Assembly (NCBI GenBank): GCA_963805085.1
Contig: CAWDTA010000005.1
Coordinates: 32,001 to 96,000, forward strand
Length of the DNA: 64,000 bases
Origin: an uncultured Veillonellaceae bacterium
GTDB taxonomy: Bacteria; Bacillota; Negativicutes; JARBTT01
Direction of reading: 5' to 3'
A program made the position numbers and the translations under genes. This document shows positions 29,690-40,163 of the stretch, in pieces. The notes under the pieces are model-generated. The model had not been told where the DNA came from, did not search any database, and saw only the letters and a program-made list of their open reading frames with translations. How positions within the stretch are numbered: position 1 is the first letter of the stretch; each line of letters opens with the position of its first letter.

Positions 29690-32635
29690 ATGGAGAAAAA
29701 AATATCCCAAGTTATAAGTGAGGAAGATAAAAAAAATCCAATGACTGACCAAGAAATTTCTAACAAGTTATATATTAGTCGAAGTAAAGTAAGCAAAATT
29801 AGAAATGCTTTAGAAATACCTGAGGCACAGGAAAGAAGAGAAAATTTACTGCGTGAAGAAATAACAAAAATTATAAATGCAAATTCGGGTATTTCTGAAC
29901 GGCGTTTAACAGTGGAATTAAATAAAGCAGGTTTTCATATATCTAGAAATACTATAGCATCTATAGTAAATAGTATTTCTGATACTTTAGACCTTGCTAA
30001 ATATAAAAAATCAGATTTAGAAGAAAAGTCTAATAATGATTTACATAAGGATATTCAATCAATAGATGCGTTTGCCTCAATGATTGGTTGTAACAAAAGT
30101 TTACGAACAAAAATTGAACAGGCTAAAGCTGCGATTCTTTATCCACCCAATGGGTTACATACCTTAATTATTGGCTCACCAGGAGTTGGAAAAACAGAAT
30201 TGGCCGAAGCAATGTATAAATTTTCTTTAACTTATCAAGAATTAAGTTCAGATAACTATCCGTTTATCACTTTTAATTGCGCTGATTATGCTGAGAATCC
30301 ACAATTGCTTCTAGCACAGCTTTTTGGATATCGTAAAGGTGCATTTACTGGCGCTGAAAGCGATCAAGATGGTTTGGTAACAAAGGCTGATGGAGGTATT
30401 TTATTTCTTGATGAAGTCCATCGTTTGACTTCAAATGGCCAAGAAATGTTGTTTCAACTTATTGATAAGGGCCATTATAGGCGATTAGGAGAAACAAATA
30501 CAGTTCATAAGGCTAAAGTTATGATTATTGCTGCAACGTCTGAAGACATAGAAAAAAGTCTTTTGCTTACTTTTAGACGAAGAATACCAATGGTAATAGA
30601 ACTTCCATTATTGGCTGTACGAACTTTAGAAGAAAGATTAGATATGATTAGGAAGTTTTTTTTTCAAGAAACAAATGTGCTTAATAAAAAAATTATAGTG
30701 ACTACGCATGCTTTACGTATTTTATTGAGTTATAATTGTGTAGGGAATATAGGACAATTACGTTCAGATATTCAATTGTCCTGTGCAAAAGGTTTTTTAG
30801 AATATGTAGCTAGATGTGGTGAAGACGATTCTATCATTATTGATGTTCCAACACTACCTATTCATATTTCAAAAAGTTTATATAATATAGTTTGGGATAG
30901 AGAAAAAGTTAAAAAAATTATTTCAGATGATTTAGTTTTTCTACCTGGTGCTATAATTCCTGAAAAAATAAAAAAAAGCATTTATACATTTTCTAATGAA
31001 ATTTATAAAAATATTGAGGAAGAATACCAAGAATTACAAAAGCAAGGTCTATCTGATGAAATAATCAATCGTATTATTATGGATGCTTTAGAAACTAAAG
31101 TGAAAAAAATAATCAACCAGATTGGAGCAAATAAATATAATTTAGTCACACAAGATTTTAAGGCGATAGTGCGTCCCGAGGTTATTTTGTTAGTAGAAAA
31201 GATGCTTAACATAGTGAAAGCGAAACTAGGAGACTTCGATAATACATTGTTTTATTGTTTAGCAACGCACTTAAATATTTCAATTAATAGAATAAAAAGT
31301 GGTAAGTACAGTTCAACTCTTTGTCTTAATAATGTAAAACAGTATTGTACGCAGGAATATGAAGTAGCTATAGAAATGGCATCTCTGACAAAGCAGTATA
31401 TGGGTATTGATCTACCAGAGGAAGAAATCGGATTTATTGCAATGTATCTGAAAGCTAGTATCAGTAAAGATGTATGCTCTCAGAATACGATTGGAATAGT
31501 TGTTATATCTCATGGGCACGTTGCTCAAGGAATGGTTAGCGTAGCTAATCGATTTTTAGGTGTTGACTTAGTGCAAGCTGTTGAAATGTCACTTGATGAA
31601 AAAACAGAAGATGCTCTTGTAAGAACGATGGAAGTTGTAGCTAAAGTTGATCAAGGAAAAGGTGTTTTATTATTGGTTGATATGGGATCCTTAGATACAT
31701 TTGGAAATCAAATTACATTACAGACAGGAATAGCTACAAGAACTGTTACTAGGACGGATACTTTAATGGTTATTGATGCTATTAGAAAAGTTTTGTTACC
31801 AGAAAATGATCTTGATATGGTTGCTGATTCTTTGATAAAAGAAAAAAGTTTAAAAACATCTCAGTTTGAAGAAAGCAATAGAAGTACAGCAAAAGGATAT
31901 GCCGTAATTTGTTTTTGTTTAACTGGTCAAGGTACTGCCAATTATGTTGCTGATATAATAAGAAAAGAAATTCTTCAAATAGATAAAAATATAAATATTA
32001 TAACAATAGGAGCAATTGATGCAGTGAAGATGACAGAGCAAATTGATGGAATTATAAAAAAAATGAATGTTTTGGCTATCATTGGTTCAATTGATGAAAG
32101 GTATCATGATATTCCTTTCATTTCAGCAGTAGATGTGATAAGGAATGGATCTGAAAATCTAGTTAAGGTAGTTCGTAAGCAATATGAAGAAAGACAGCAA
32201 TATATTGCTAATGGTTTTTATGAGATTTTTAATACGGATCTCATAGAAATCAATAAAGAGGTAAAGAGTAAAAATGAGGCATTAACTTTATTAACAGATA
32301 GACTTGTTAATAAAAAATATGTAACGAATTATTTTATCAAAGGCGTTATGACGAGAGAAAAATTAGGGACAACCTTAATTAATGATTGTTTGGCAATACC
32401 GCATGGATATGGAGAAGATATTATCAAATCGGCAGTCGGAATTTTGGTCTTGAAAAAACCAATTGAATGGTTTGAGGGGAAAATGATTTCTTTAATATTT
32501 ATGTTAGCTCTGAATGAAAAATCAAAGAATGAGTTTCAGCGGATATATAGGATTGTAAATAATTCAGATCTTATTGCACAAATAAAAACTGCCGATAATA
32601 AAGAAGTTATTTTAAATATTTTGAAGAATGGGTAG
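29690..32635 (+). CDS. LevR-type sigma54 enhancer-binding protein (AAA+, PRD, EIIA-Man, EIIB, C-terminal EIIA)
   Basis: GSPGVGKT, FNCADYA, GAFTGA, LFLDEVH, PRD THL, SHG…LVDMGSL, CLTGQG, AIPHG. Confidence 0.92.
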   Translation: MEKKISQVISEEDKKNPMTDQEISNKLYISRSKVSKIRNALEIPEAQERRENLLREEITKIINANSGISERRLTVELNKAGFHISRNTIASIVNSISDTLDLAKYKKSDLEEKSNNDLHKDIQSIDAFASMIGCNKSLRTKIEQAKAAILYPPNGLHTLIIGSPGVGKTELAEAMYKFSLTYQELSSDNYPFITFNCADYAENPQLLLAQLFGYRKGAFTGAESDQDGLVTKADGGILFLDEVHRLTSNGQEMLFQLIDKGHYRRLGETNTVHKAKVMIIAATSEDIEKSLLLTFRRRIPMVIELPLLAVRTLEERLDMIRKFFFQETNVLNKKIIVTTHALRILLSYNCVGNIGQLRSDIQLSCAKGFLEYVARCGEDDSIIIDVPTLPIHISKSLYNIVWDREKVKKIISDDLVFLPGAIIPEKIKKSIYTFSNEIYKNIEEEYQELQKQGLSDEIINRIIMDALETKVKKIINQIGANKYNLVTQDFKAIVRPEVILLVEKMLNIVKAKLGDFDNTLFYCLATHLNISINRIKSGKYSSTLCLNNVKQYCTQEYEVAIEMASLTKQYMGIDLPEEEIGFIAMYLKASISKDVCSQNTIGIVVISHGHVAQGMVSVANRFLGVDLVQAVEMSLDEKTEDALVRTMEVVAKVDQGKGVLLLVDMGSLDTFGNQITLQTGIATRTVTRTDTLMVIDAIRKVLLPENDLDMVADSLIKEKSLKTSQFEESNRSTAKGYAVICFCLTGQGTANYVADIIRKEILQIDKNINIITIGAIDAVKMTEQIDGIIKKMNVLAIIGSIDERYHDIPFISAVDVIRNGSENLVKVVRKQYEERQQYIANGFYEIFNTDLIEINKEVKSKNEALTLLTDRLVNKKYVTNYFIKGVMTREKLGTTLINDCLAIPHGYGEDIIKSAVGILVLKKPIEWFEGKMISLIFMLALNEKSKNEFQRIYRIVNNSDLIAQIKTADNKEVILNILKNG

Positions 32636-32881
32636 GCTAAATAATCTTGTGTGAACTTCAAGTGGCATAAAAAGAGCAAATAAATTTTAAGGGGCAAAAC
32701 AAATTTACCACTAAGAAAGTTGGCAGAGATCACGGTCATTAACAAGGATAAGATAAATAAAATAACAAAATAAGACAGAAAAAGTGACGGGAGGGGACGT
32801 TTCTTTTGCCAATAAGGCGATGCAATTGAACCAAGAGTCGACAAAGTATGTAATGGTGATTGACCGAAAATACAACTAGAA

Positions 32882-32917
32882 GGGGCTGTCGCACTAAAAA
32901 ATTAGTGTGGCAGCCCC
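32882..32917. repeat. GC-rich hairpin
   Basis: ggggctgtcgcactaa-aaaa-ttagtgtggcagcccc. Confidence 0.5.
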
Positions 32918-33144
32918 ATAATAATATACTAGAAGACTATCACTAGAAGAGTAAATTCAAATCACAATTAATAAATAGGTACAACAAAAGAACTGTCAAA
33001 ATTAACAGCTTTTTTCCTATTCAATTAATGATTTTATTACCTCTCCACGTTCCACTTATGTTATTTGATTACCTAGCATCAAGTGCGCCGGATAGCATTC
33101 CACCTTTGAAAATCATATTGTTATATGCAAATACTATCACCGTT

Positions 33145-33208
33145 AAAACGCTACTGTCAAATTTTTCTATCTGTATTAGTGGATAGAAAAATTTGACAGT
33201 AGCGTTTT
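33145..33208. repeat. Perfect 27-bp inverted repeat
   Basis: aaaacgctactgtcaaatttttctatc-N10-gatagaaaaatttgacagtagcgtttt. Confidence 0.85.
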
Positions 33209-33403
33209 GTATGAATTTGGCAGAAGTTTTGAGCTTTTATAAGAATAGGGAACTTTAATATCAAAGAAGTTAAGAAAGTGTGGATTTTATCATATAATTT
33301 CTACAGGAATGGTGCCTATTTTACTAGTATTTAATTTGCAATTTATGGATAATATAACATGCGTGATACTTTGTAGAATTTTTAGTATACAAGGAGTATT
33401 CTT

Positions 33404-33650
33404 ATGTCTAATATAAAGATAGGAATAGTTGGCCTAGGAAATCTATGTCAGAAGGTAATATCTACTGTATCTTTCACAAGGGAAAAATTGGTCTTTTACT
33501 GGTGCTTATTCTCCTAATGAACATAAAAGAAAAAAGATGTGCGATTGGTATAGAATTAATGAATTTTCAAATTTGCCTAAATTACTTGAAAATTGTGATG
33601 CTATTTTTGTTATTACGAAGATTATGAAAACAGGACTAGAAAGTCCTCTC
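33404..33650 (+). pseudogene. Frameshifted, internally deleted duplicate of the Gfo/Idh/MocA gene at 36908
   Basis: Upstream region and first ~200 nt match 36845-37115, then jump to the last ~40 nt of the gene. Confidence 0.88.
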
Positions 33651-33748
33651 ACCGAAAGCTCTCATTAGTAGAGTAAGCCTTCAAATTAGTAGGAGGAGAC
33701 GTTACTGTTTTTGCAACATCTGATAAATTTTTTAGAGGAGGCTTTTTT

Positions 33749-34960
33749 ATGTCTGTATCACCGCACCAATATCCCACTAGGTTTTGGATCATAAGGGGAT
33801 TTATTATTGCATTAATTTCTGTTGTAGGTATTATCCATTTTTATAATAACCAACCCAAAATTGAAGTCAAACCAACATCTCTCGCCATTACTTTACCAGG
33901 GGAATTTTCTGTTACTTTTCCGACGCAAGGGGAATCCGCTGTTGGCACGGATAATTTTGGGGTGATTGCTTCTTCCAACGATCAAAGTTCTGTTCCTATT
34001 GCCAGTGTAACGAAAGTTATGACGGCTTATTTGATTTTAAAGGCGCACCCTTTGCAAGCTGGTCAAGATGGACCTACCTTAACTATGACAGCACAAGATG
34101 TTTCCGACTATCTTAATGATGAAGCGCAGAATTACTCTGTTTTACAGGTTGGAGAAGGAGAAAAATTAACCGAAAAGCAGCTTTTAGAGGCTTTGATGTT
34201 GCCATCAGCAGATAATATTGCGAGCATCTTAGCCCGGTGGGATTCAGGCTCAGAAAGTGCTTTTGTAGAAAAAATGAATAAATCGGCACAATCCCTAGGT
34301 ATGGCGCAGACTCATTATGCGGATGCAAGTGGTATAAATTCGGCAACCGTAAGTAGCGCAGCAGACCAAATCAAAATTGCCCAAACTGCCATGGAAGACC
34401 CGATTTTCCGAGAAATCGTCGCTATGCCGCAAGCTACCTTCACTGTTGCTGGTACCGTGCATAATGTGAACAGGTTGCTGGGAACGCGTAGTATTGTGGG
34501 GATTAAGACAGGTTCTACAAAGGCCGCCGGCGGTTGTTTTGTCTCGGCTAGCCTCATAAATGTTGGAGCAGAAACACATTATATCATTGGCGTAGTACTG
34601 GGACAAAAAACTCTACAGAATGCTTTAAATGCGAATGCAAAAATGTTAGACGAGGTTCGCTCTGAGTTTAAATTATATCCTGTGACAACCCCGCAAAACG
34701 GTTTTGGACAGGTAATCAATGCGTGGCACAGCAACAGTTCCTTATATTCTACCGAACCTGTACAAATTTTTGGCTATCCTGGAATGACGGCTTCTGTTTC
34801 TATCAGCTTGTCGCAGACGCAATTACCGATTCGGAGCGATGAAAATATAGCTACATTAAAAATCCAGTCAGGCCAGTCTATTCAGGAATTCCCGCTGCGA
34901 AATTCTGAACAAATTAATCCGCCCAATATAGTATGGCGATTGTTTCGAAACTGGATATAA
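33749..34960 (+). CDS. D-alanyl-D-alanine carboxypeptidase (peptidase S11)
   Basis: ASVTK (SxxK), LPSADN, IKTG; N-terminal TM anchor. Confidence 0.88.
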   Translation: MSVSPHQYPTRFWIIRGFIIALISVVGIIHFYNNQPKIEVKPTSLAITLPGEFSVTFPTQGESAVGTDNFGVIASSNDQSSVPIASVTKVMTAYLILKAHPLQAGQDGPTLTMTAQDVSDYLNDEAQNYSVLQVGEGEKLTEKQLLEALMLPSADNIASILARWDSGSESAFVEKMNKSAQSLGMAQTHYADASGINSATVSSAADQIKIAQTAMEDPIFREIVAMPQATFTVAGTVHNVNRLLGTRSIVGIKTGSTKAAGGCFVSASLINVGAETHYIIGVVLGQKTLQNALNANAKMLDEVRSEFKLYPVTTPQNGFGQVINAWHSNSSLYSTEPVQIFGYPGMTASVSISLSQTQLPIRSDENIATLKIQSGQSIQEFPLRNSEQINPPNIVWRLFRNWI

Positions 34961-35610
34961 TGACCTAGATATATTTAATAGCATGTGAGGCTATTAAGAT
35001 TTTATGGCAAGATGTAATATATAGATTATAAATAGTAAAAGGTAAACTCCTGATGAATATTGTATGAATTTGGCATAATTTTTATGGATTTAGAAGAATT
35101 ATTATCCATAATGTATTTACGGAAAAGGCTTAGAAGAAGACGAAGCTGAAATAGTAGCTAATAAGGGGCATATCGTCAATACATGGAAGAAGAGAGAAAA
35201 ACACAATTTCAGGAAAGCTACGATAAGCCATTGATGCCAATACCTCGTTTTTTGAAAACGTTTGTAATAAAAATCTTTTCATTTGTGCTGTCGATGATAT
35301 TTGGACGTTTTATAAATATTGAGCGTTTAATGAAATGTGATGAAAAAAGAGTGCAGTAGCATACTCTTGCAATGAAAAGATTAGAAAGTATATTTACAAA
35401 AGCATACTTAATGAATCAAATAGCGTAATTTTATTTTAAGCATCTTTCGAGGTGCTTTTTTCATATAGCAAGATCGGGGAGCTAGAATTTTGCAAAGAAA
35501 TAATACTTTTAAGATATTTTTCTCATATTTCAAAAAAGAAGGAAATTTATAGATTTTATTGAAATGATTTGTTTATATAGTAAAAAAGAAGACTGGTGGG
35601 ATTTTGTAGA

Positions 35611-35936
35611 ATGATATTTGTAAGTAAAGGACGTGGGCACTTTGTTCCAGTTATAATATTTTTAGTATGTTTGGGAACAAATAGTTATTTGATCTAGTGT
35701 TTTATAAAGGATATTACTCGACGCATAAGTGGGCAATCGCATGTGCGTTATTTATTTCAGGAGCTTTCCTTTTATTATTAGGAAAATATTTAGTAAGAGA
35801 TAAAGTTAGGATACTAATTGATCCAAAGACAGGGGAAGAAGTACGATTGGAAGACAAACATAGTTTCTTTTGGATTAGAGTAACTAGATGGGCTCCTATA
35901 TTATGGACTTTGGGGGTGTGGTGTCTAATATCTTAG
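35611..35936 (+). pseudogene. Small membrane protein, apparently frameshifted near 35680
   Basis: MIFVSKGRGHFVPVIIFLV in one frame, YYSTHKWAIACALF…IDPKTGEEVRL…HSFFWI in another. Confidence 0.5.
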
Positions 35937-35996
35937 CATTTATATGAAGTTGTAAGATACTAGATTTATATCCTAAAGAAAAAAATAGAGAGATGG

Positions 35997-36740
35997 GTGA
36001 ATGGATTGAAAAATATTATTGCACTTCCATTAGAGTTTAAACGTGAACAAATTAAACTAACGATTTTTCCAACGATTTTACGGGATGAAAATAATTTGGT
36101 TTTGGTTGATTGTGGGTATCATGGTTTTTTAGGACAAATTGAAGAAGCGATGAAACAAGTTGGAGTATCAATTAAAGATCTAACTAAAATCATCATTACG
36201 CATCATGATCACGACCATATAGGGGCTTTAAAAGAAATCGTAAGTCTTTATCCAGAGGTTGAAGTGCTTTGTTCAGAAAAACAAGCTCCTTTTATAACTG
36301 GACAAGAGAAATCTTTGCGTCTTGCGCAGTTAGAAGAAAATCATAAAGTATTAAATGGGACTGAAAGAGTACAAAACCAAAAATTTATGAATATGATTTT
36401 ATCTGTACAGCATGTAACTAAAGTAACAACGGTAAAAGATGGCGAGATTCTTCCGATATGTGGTGGTGTTCAAGTAGTTGATACAAGTGGGCACATGCCA
36501 GGACATATTTCTTTATATATACCAAGTGAAAAGACTTTGATTTCAGGGGATGCGCTTGGGGTACAAAATGGCGATCTATGTATTGCGAATCCGCAATTTG
36601 TATTGGATATGAAGAAAGCTGTGAAAGCGATCGAAAAAATTTCGCATTATGATATTGAAAAAGTTATATGCTATCATGGTGGTGAGTATGATAAGGATGT
36701 TAAAGCCAAGTTCAAGCAAATTTTAAATACTCCATATTAA
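35997..36740 (+). CDS. MBL-fold metallo-hydrolase
   Basis: LVDCG, THHDHDHIG, GHMPGH, SGDA, CYHGG. Confidence 0.9.
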   Translation: MNGLKNIIALPLEFKREQIKLTIFPTILRDENNLVLVDCGYHGFLGQIEEAMKQVGVSIKDLTKIIITHHDHDHIGALKEIVSLYPEVEVLCSEKQAPFITGQEKSLRLAQLEENHKVLNGTERVQNQKFMNMILSVQHVTKVTTVKDGEILPICGGVQVVDTSGHMPGHISLYIPSEKTLISGDALGVQNGDLCIANPQFVLDMKKAVKAIEKISHYDIEKVICYHGGEYDKDVKAKFKQILNTPY

Positions 36741-36907
36741 AGTTAGAAGGAGCATTCTAGCAAAATGGTATTATGTTACAGGAAGGACACTTCTTTCTTG
36801 CAATAAGGCAATGTACTTGATGCAAGAAAATTTATTTTATTTCTAATTCATGGATAATAAACATGTGTGATATTTGTGGAAATTTTTCATATACAAGGAG
36901 TGTTTCT

Positions 36908-37837
36908 ATGTCTAATGTAAAAATAGGAATAGTTGGCTTAGGAAGTCTATGTCAGAAAGTATATCTACCGTATCTTTCACAAGAAAAGAATTGGTCTTTT
37001 ACTGGTGCTTATTCTCCTAATGAACACAAAAGAAAAAAGATTTGCAATTGGTATAGAATTAATGAATTTTCAAGTTTGCCTAATTTACTTGAAAATTGTG
37101 ATGCTATTTTTGTTAATAGTTCAACAACCTCTCATTTTGAAATCGTAGCTGAAGCTCTAAAAAAAGGTAAAGACGTATATGTTGATAAACCTCTTGCTTC
37201 ATCTTTGAATGAAGCTGAACAATTAGTTGAATTAAGTATAAAAAATAACCGAAAGTTAATGGTCGGATTTAATCGTAGATTTGCACCTATGTATATACGT
37301 GCTAAAAACAATGTACATACGGCATCTTTAATTCGAATTGAAAAATATAGAAGTAATTCTATTAGACATGAAAATTTTCAAACTACACTATTGGATGATT
37401 ATATTCATTTAGTCGATACTGCTAGATGGTTAGCGGAACCTAATAATGCTGTTAATGGCTCTATTAAAGTTAATGATAATAAAGAATTAATTTTTGCTGA
37501 ACACAGTTATAAATCAAAAAATAATAGTAGTATATTCCTTGATATGCACAGAAAGTCTGGAACAAATTTAGAGCGTTTGGAAGTTATAGCTGAGGATTCT
37601 ATTGTAAGAGTAAAAAATATGAACAGTATTGAAATTGAAAAAAATGCAAAAATAGAACAGGAAGTATCTCCTCCATGGGAGACAATAATAAAAACCAAAG
37701 GATTTGAAGATGCAATACTTCATTTTATCGAATCAATCCTAGGTAATACAAATCCTTTAATAGATGGTATCGAAGGACTAAAAACGCAACAACTTATTAC
37801 GAAGATGATGAAGATAGGACTAGAAATTCCTCAGTAA
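36908..37837 (+). CDS. Gfo/Idh/MocA oxidoreductase (MviM/YceM-like)
   Basis: GIVGLG, VDKP, GFNRRFAP, LDDYIHLVD. Confidence 0.9.
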   Translation: MSNVKIGIVGLGSLCQKVYLPYLSQEKNWSFTGAYSPNEHKRKKICNWYRINEFSSLPNLLENCDAIFVNSSTTSHFEIVAEALKKGKDVYVDKPLASSLNEAEQLVELSIKNNRKLMVGFNRRFAPMYIRAKNNVHTASLIRIEKYRSNSIRHENFQTTLLDDYIHLVDTARWLAEPNNAVNGSIKVNDNKELIFAEHSYKSKNNSSIFLDMHRKSGTNLERLEVIAEDSIVRVKNMNSIEIEKNAKIEQEVSPPWETIIKTKGFEDAILHFIESILGNTNPLIDGIEGLKTQQLITKMMKIGLEIPQ

Positions 37838-37939
37838 GCTCTAGTTCCATTGGAAATATTTCGTACAATAATGCAGGAGTATTATGGACATATATAATTG
37901 GCTTTAGATTGAGACAAAGAGCGGTGAAAAGATGTCTAT

Positions 37940-38308
37940 AATATGATAGCGGCTGTGCTAAGTTCTTATTTTTCTACTTCAGCCTTTGCACAAAGAAGAG
38001 GTACAAAATTTTGGATTCCAGTTGTATGATTAGGGCTTTTTATCTACTGTATCATGTTAGCTAATTTGTTTTCAGTCGGACAACTTTTTTGGATTCAGAT
38101 TGTTGCAGGGCTGTCAACAGGAATTTTGTTTTCTTATTGTACGGCAGAAGCTATGCGAGATGTTTCGCCGCAAAAAAAATCGACGGCTATGGGGTATCAC
38201 CAGGCCATTTATGCAGAGGGAGCGGTAGCTTTTCTAGGCTTTATTATGGCGGCATGTTTTTATTTTTTTGCTGGTAACTTGGAGTGTAAAATGAAGTGCG
38301 ACAACTAA
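37940..38308 (+). pseudogene. MFS transporter C-terminal relic
   Basis: QIVAGLSTG…KKSTAMGYHQAIYA; upstream stops. Confidence 0.6.
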
Positions 38309-38403
38309 TAAAAATAAAGCTCACAGAGAATCCATGATTGCTACACCTTACTACCTGCCATTCTTATCTTAAATAGAGGATATGAAAAATGACATTTGAA
38401 TTG

Positions 38404-38444
38404 TATGCGCTACTAGGTACAGAGTACTTGGTAGCGTATTTTTT
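38404..38444 (+). terminator. Intrinsic terminator
   Basis: atgcgctactaggtac…gtacttggtagcgtat tttttt. Confidence 0.7.
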
Positions 38445-38549
38445 ATGAAGACCGTAGTTTATTGTTTGTTATTTAGAAGATACACTTGGAACAAGATGTG
38501 GTAAAATATGTTTAGAGAAATAAGAACGTTAGATTAAGAAGCAGGTGAA

Positions 38550-40085
38550 ATGATGAGATGTAAAAAGATCCTAATGAGTATAGTAATGGCATGGATGATT
38601 ATTACTGAGGGAATAGTTCCTGCATATGCGGCTGAAATAAAGGAAGTTATTATTCTTTCAGTCAATGATTTTCATGGTAATTTGCTAGAAAATGACCACG
38701 CACCGGGATTGGCAAAATTGGCAGGTGCGTTGAGAGATGAGCAGAAGCAAGCGCCAGATGAAACGATTTTACTCAGTGCTGGAGATATGTTTCAAGGAGA
38801 AATGGAATCGAATATCACTTTAGGCGCACCGGTTATTGTTGGTATGAATGGCTTGGAGTTTGCTGCGATGTGTCTTGGTAATCATGAATTTGATTGGGGG
38901 CTGGAAACGCTAAAAAATCGTTCTAAAGAAGCATATTTCCCATTTTTGGCGGCAAATATTGTTGATGTAAAAGGTGCATATTTACAAAATATCAAACCGT
39001 ATACCATCGTGAAACGCAATGGGATTAAGGTAGGTATTATCGGTTTAACGACACCCCAAACAAAAGTCGCAGTCAACCCGAAATATATCGAAGGTCTAAC
39101 TTTTCTGGATGGCGCACAGACGGTAAATAAACTTGTGCCTGAGTTGAAAGCAAAAGGGGCAGAGGTTATTATTGTTTTGGCGCATATGGGGTCAGAGGTG
39201 TCTGCCGATGGGACAGAAAAAGGAGAAATCATCGAGCTGGCGAAACAAGTGACAGGCGTTGACTTAATCGTGAGTGGGCATACACATCGCGTTGTGAATA
39301 CAAAAATGAATGGAATTCCGATTGTGCAAGCTGGAAAGTATGGCAATGCCTATAGCAAAGTAAAAATAGAGTATGATAAAAAAGCGCAGAAAGTAATCGC
39401 TGTTACGCCAGAAGTCGTCAATATTGCGAAAGAAAAAGTAGCAGCCGATATGGAGTTTGCCAATTATGTAGGATATATTGATACAAAGGTAAGCTATTTG
39501 AAAAATGAAAAAGTTGGCGAGACTGCAGTAAAGTTGTGGCATAATCGCTATGGTGAATCATTACTTGGACAATGGGTTACAGATGTTATGCGTCGAGTCG
39601 AACAGGCAGATATTGCTGTGATGAATGGCGGCGGGGTACGCAACGATATAGCAAAAGGTATTGTAACAAAGGGTAACTTATATGCAACGGTTCCATTTGA
39701 TAATACATTAGTAAAAGCAAGGCTTACGGGGCGTGAAATTAAGGATTTATTGGAATATGGCCTGGGAAATAACGCCCATGGACTCTTGCAATTTTCGGGA
39801 GTATCCGTCATTTTTGATGATAATCAGACAGATGGCAATAAGGTGACGCAAATTCTGTTGCCAGATGGAAGCCCAATTGATTTTGATGCGGAATATACTG
39901 TAGCGGCCACTGATTTTATTGCGGCGGGTGGAGATGGCATCACTGCCTTTAAAAATAAAAAAATCATTGAAGAGGGTAAGTTACTGCGCGATGCTTTGCA
40001 AGAAAGCTTTGTCGTGGATAAACAGCTCAATATAACTTTGGATAAGAGATTGATCATTTTACAAGCAAATCTTTTGGCTGGATAA
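38550..40085 (+). CDS. Exported 5'-nucleotidase / metallophosphatase
   Basis: NDFHG, AGD, GNHEFD, GHTH, NGGGVR, PFDN; signal peptide. Confidence 0.92.
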   Translation: MMRCKKILMSIVMAWMIITEGIVPAYAAEIKEVIILSVNDFHGNLLENDHAPGLAKLAGALRDEQKQAPDETILLSAGDMFQGEMESNITLGAPVIVGMNGLEFAAMCLGNHEFDWGLETLKNRSKEAYFPFLAANIVDVKGAYLQNIKPYTIVKRNGIKVGIIGLTTPQTKVAVNPKYIEGLTFLDGAQTVNKLVPELKAKGAEVIIVLAHMGSEVSADGTEKGEIIELAKQVTGVDLIVSGHTHRVVNTKMNGIPIVQAGKYGNAYSKVKIEYDKKAQKVIAVTPEVVNIAKEKVAADMEFANYVGYIDTKVSYLKNEKVGETAVKLWHNRYGESLLGQWVTDVMRRVEQADIAVMNGGGVRNDIAKGIVTKGNLYATVPFDNTLVKARLTGREIKDLLEYGLGNNAHGLLQFSGVSVIFDDNQTDGNKVTQILLPDGSPIDFDAEYTVAATDFIAAGGDGITAFKNKKIIEEGKLLRDALQESFVVDKQLNITLDKRLIILQANLLAG

Positions 40086-40163
40086 CATAAAGAGAGAGAA
40101 AGAATAAATGTCTAGATTTTTTTTTTGAAGATGTATTTTCAGCAAAAATAATGTTTAAACTAT

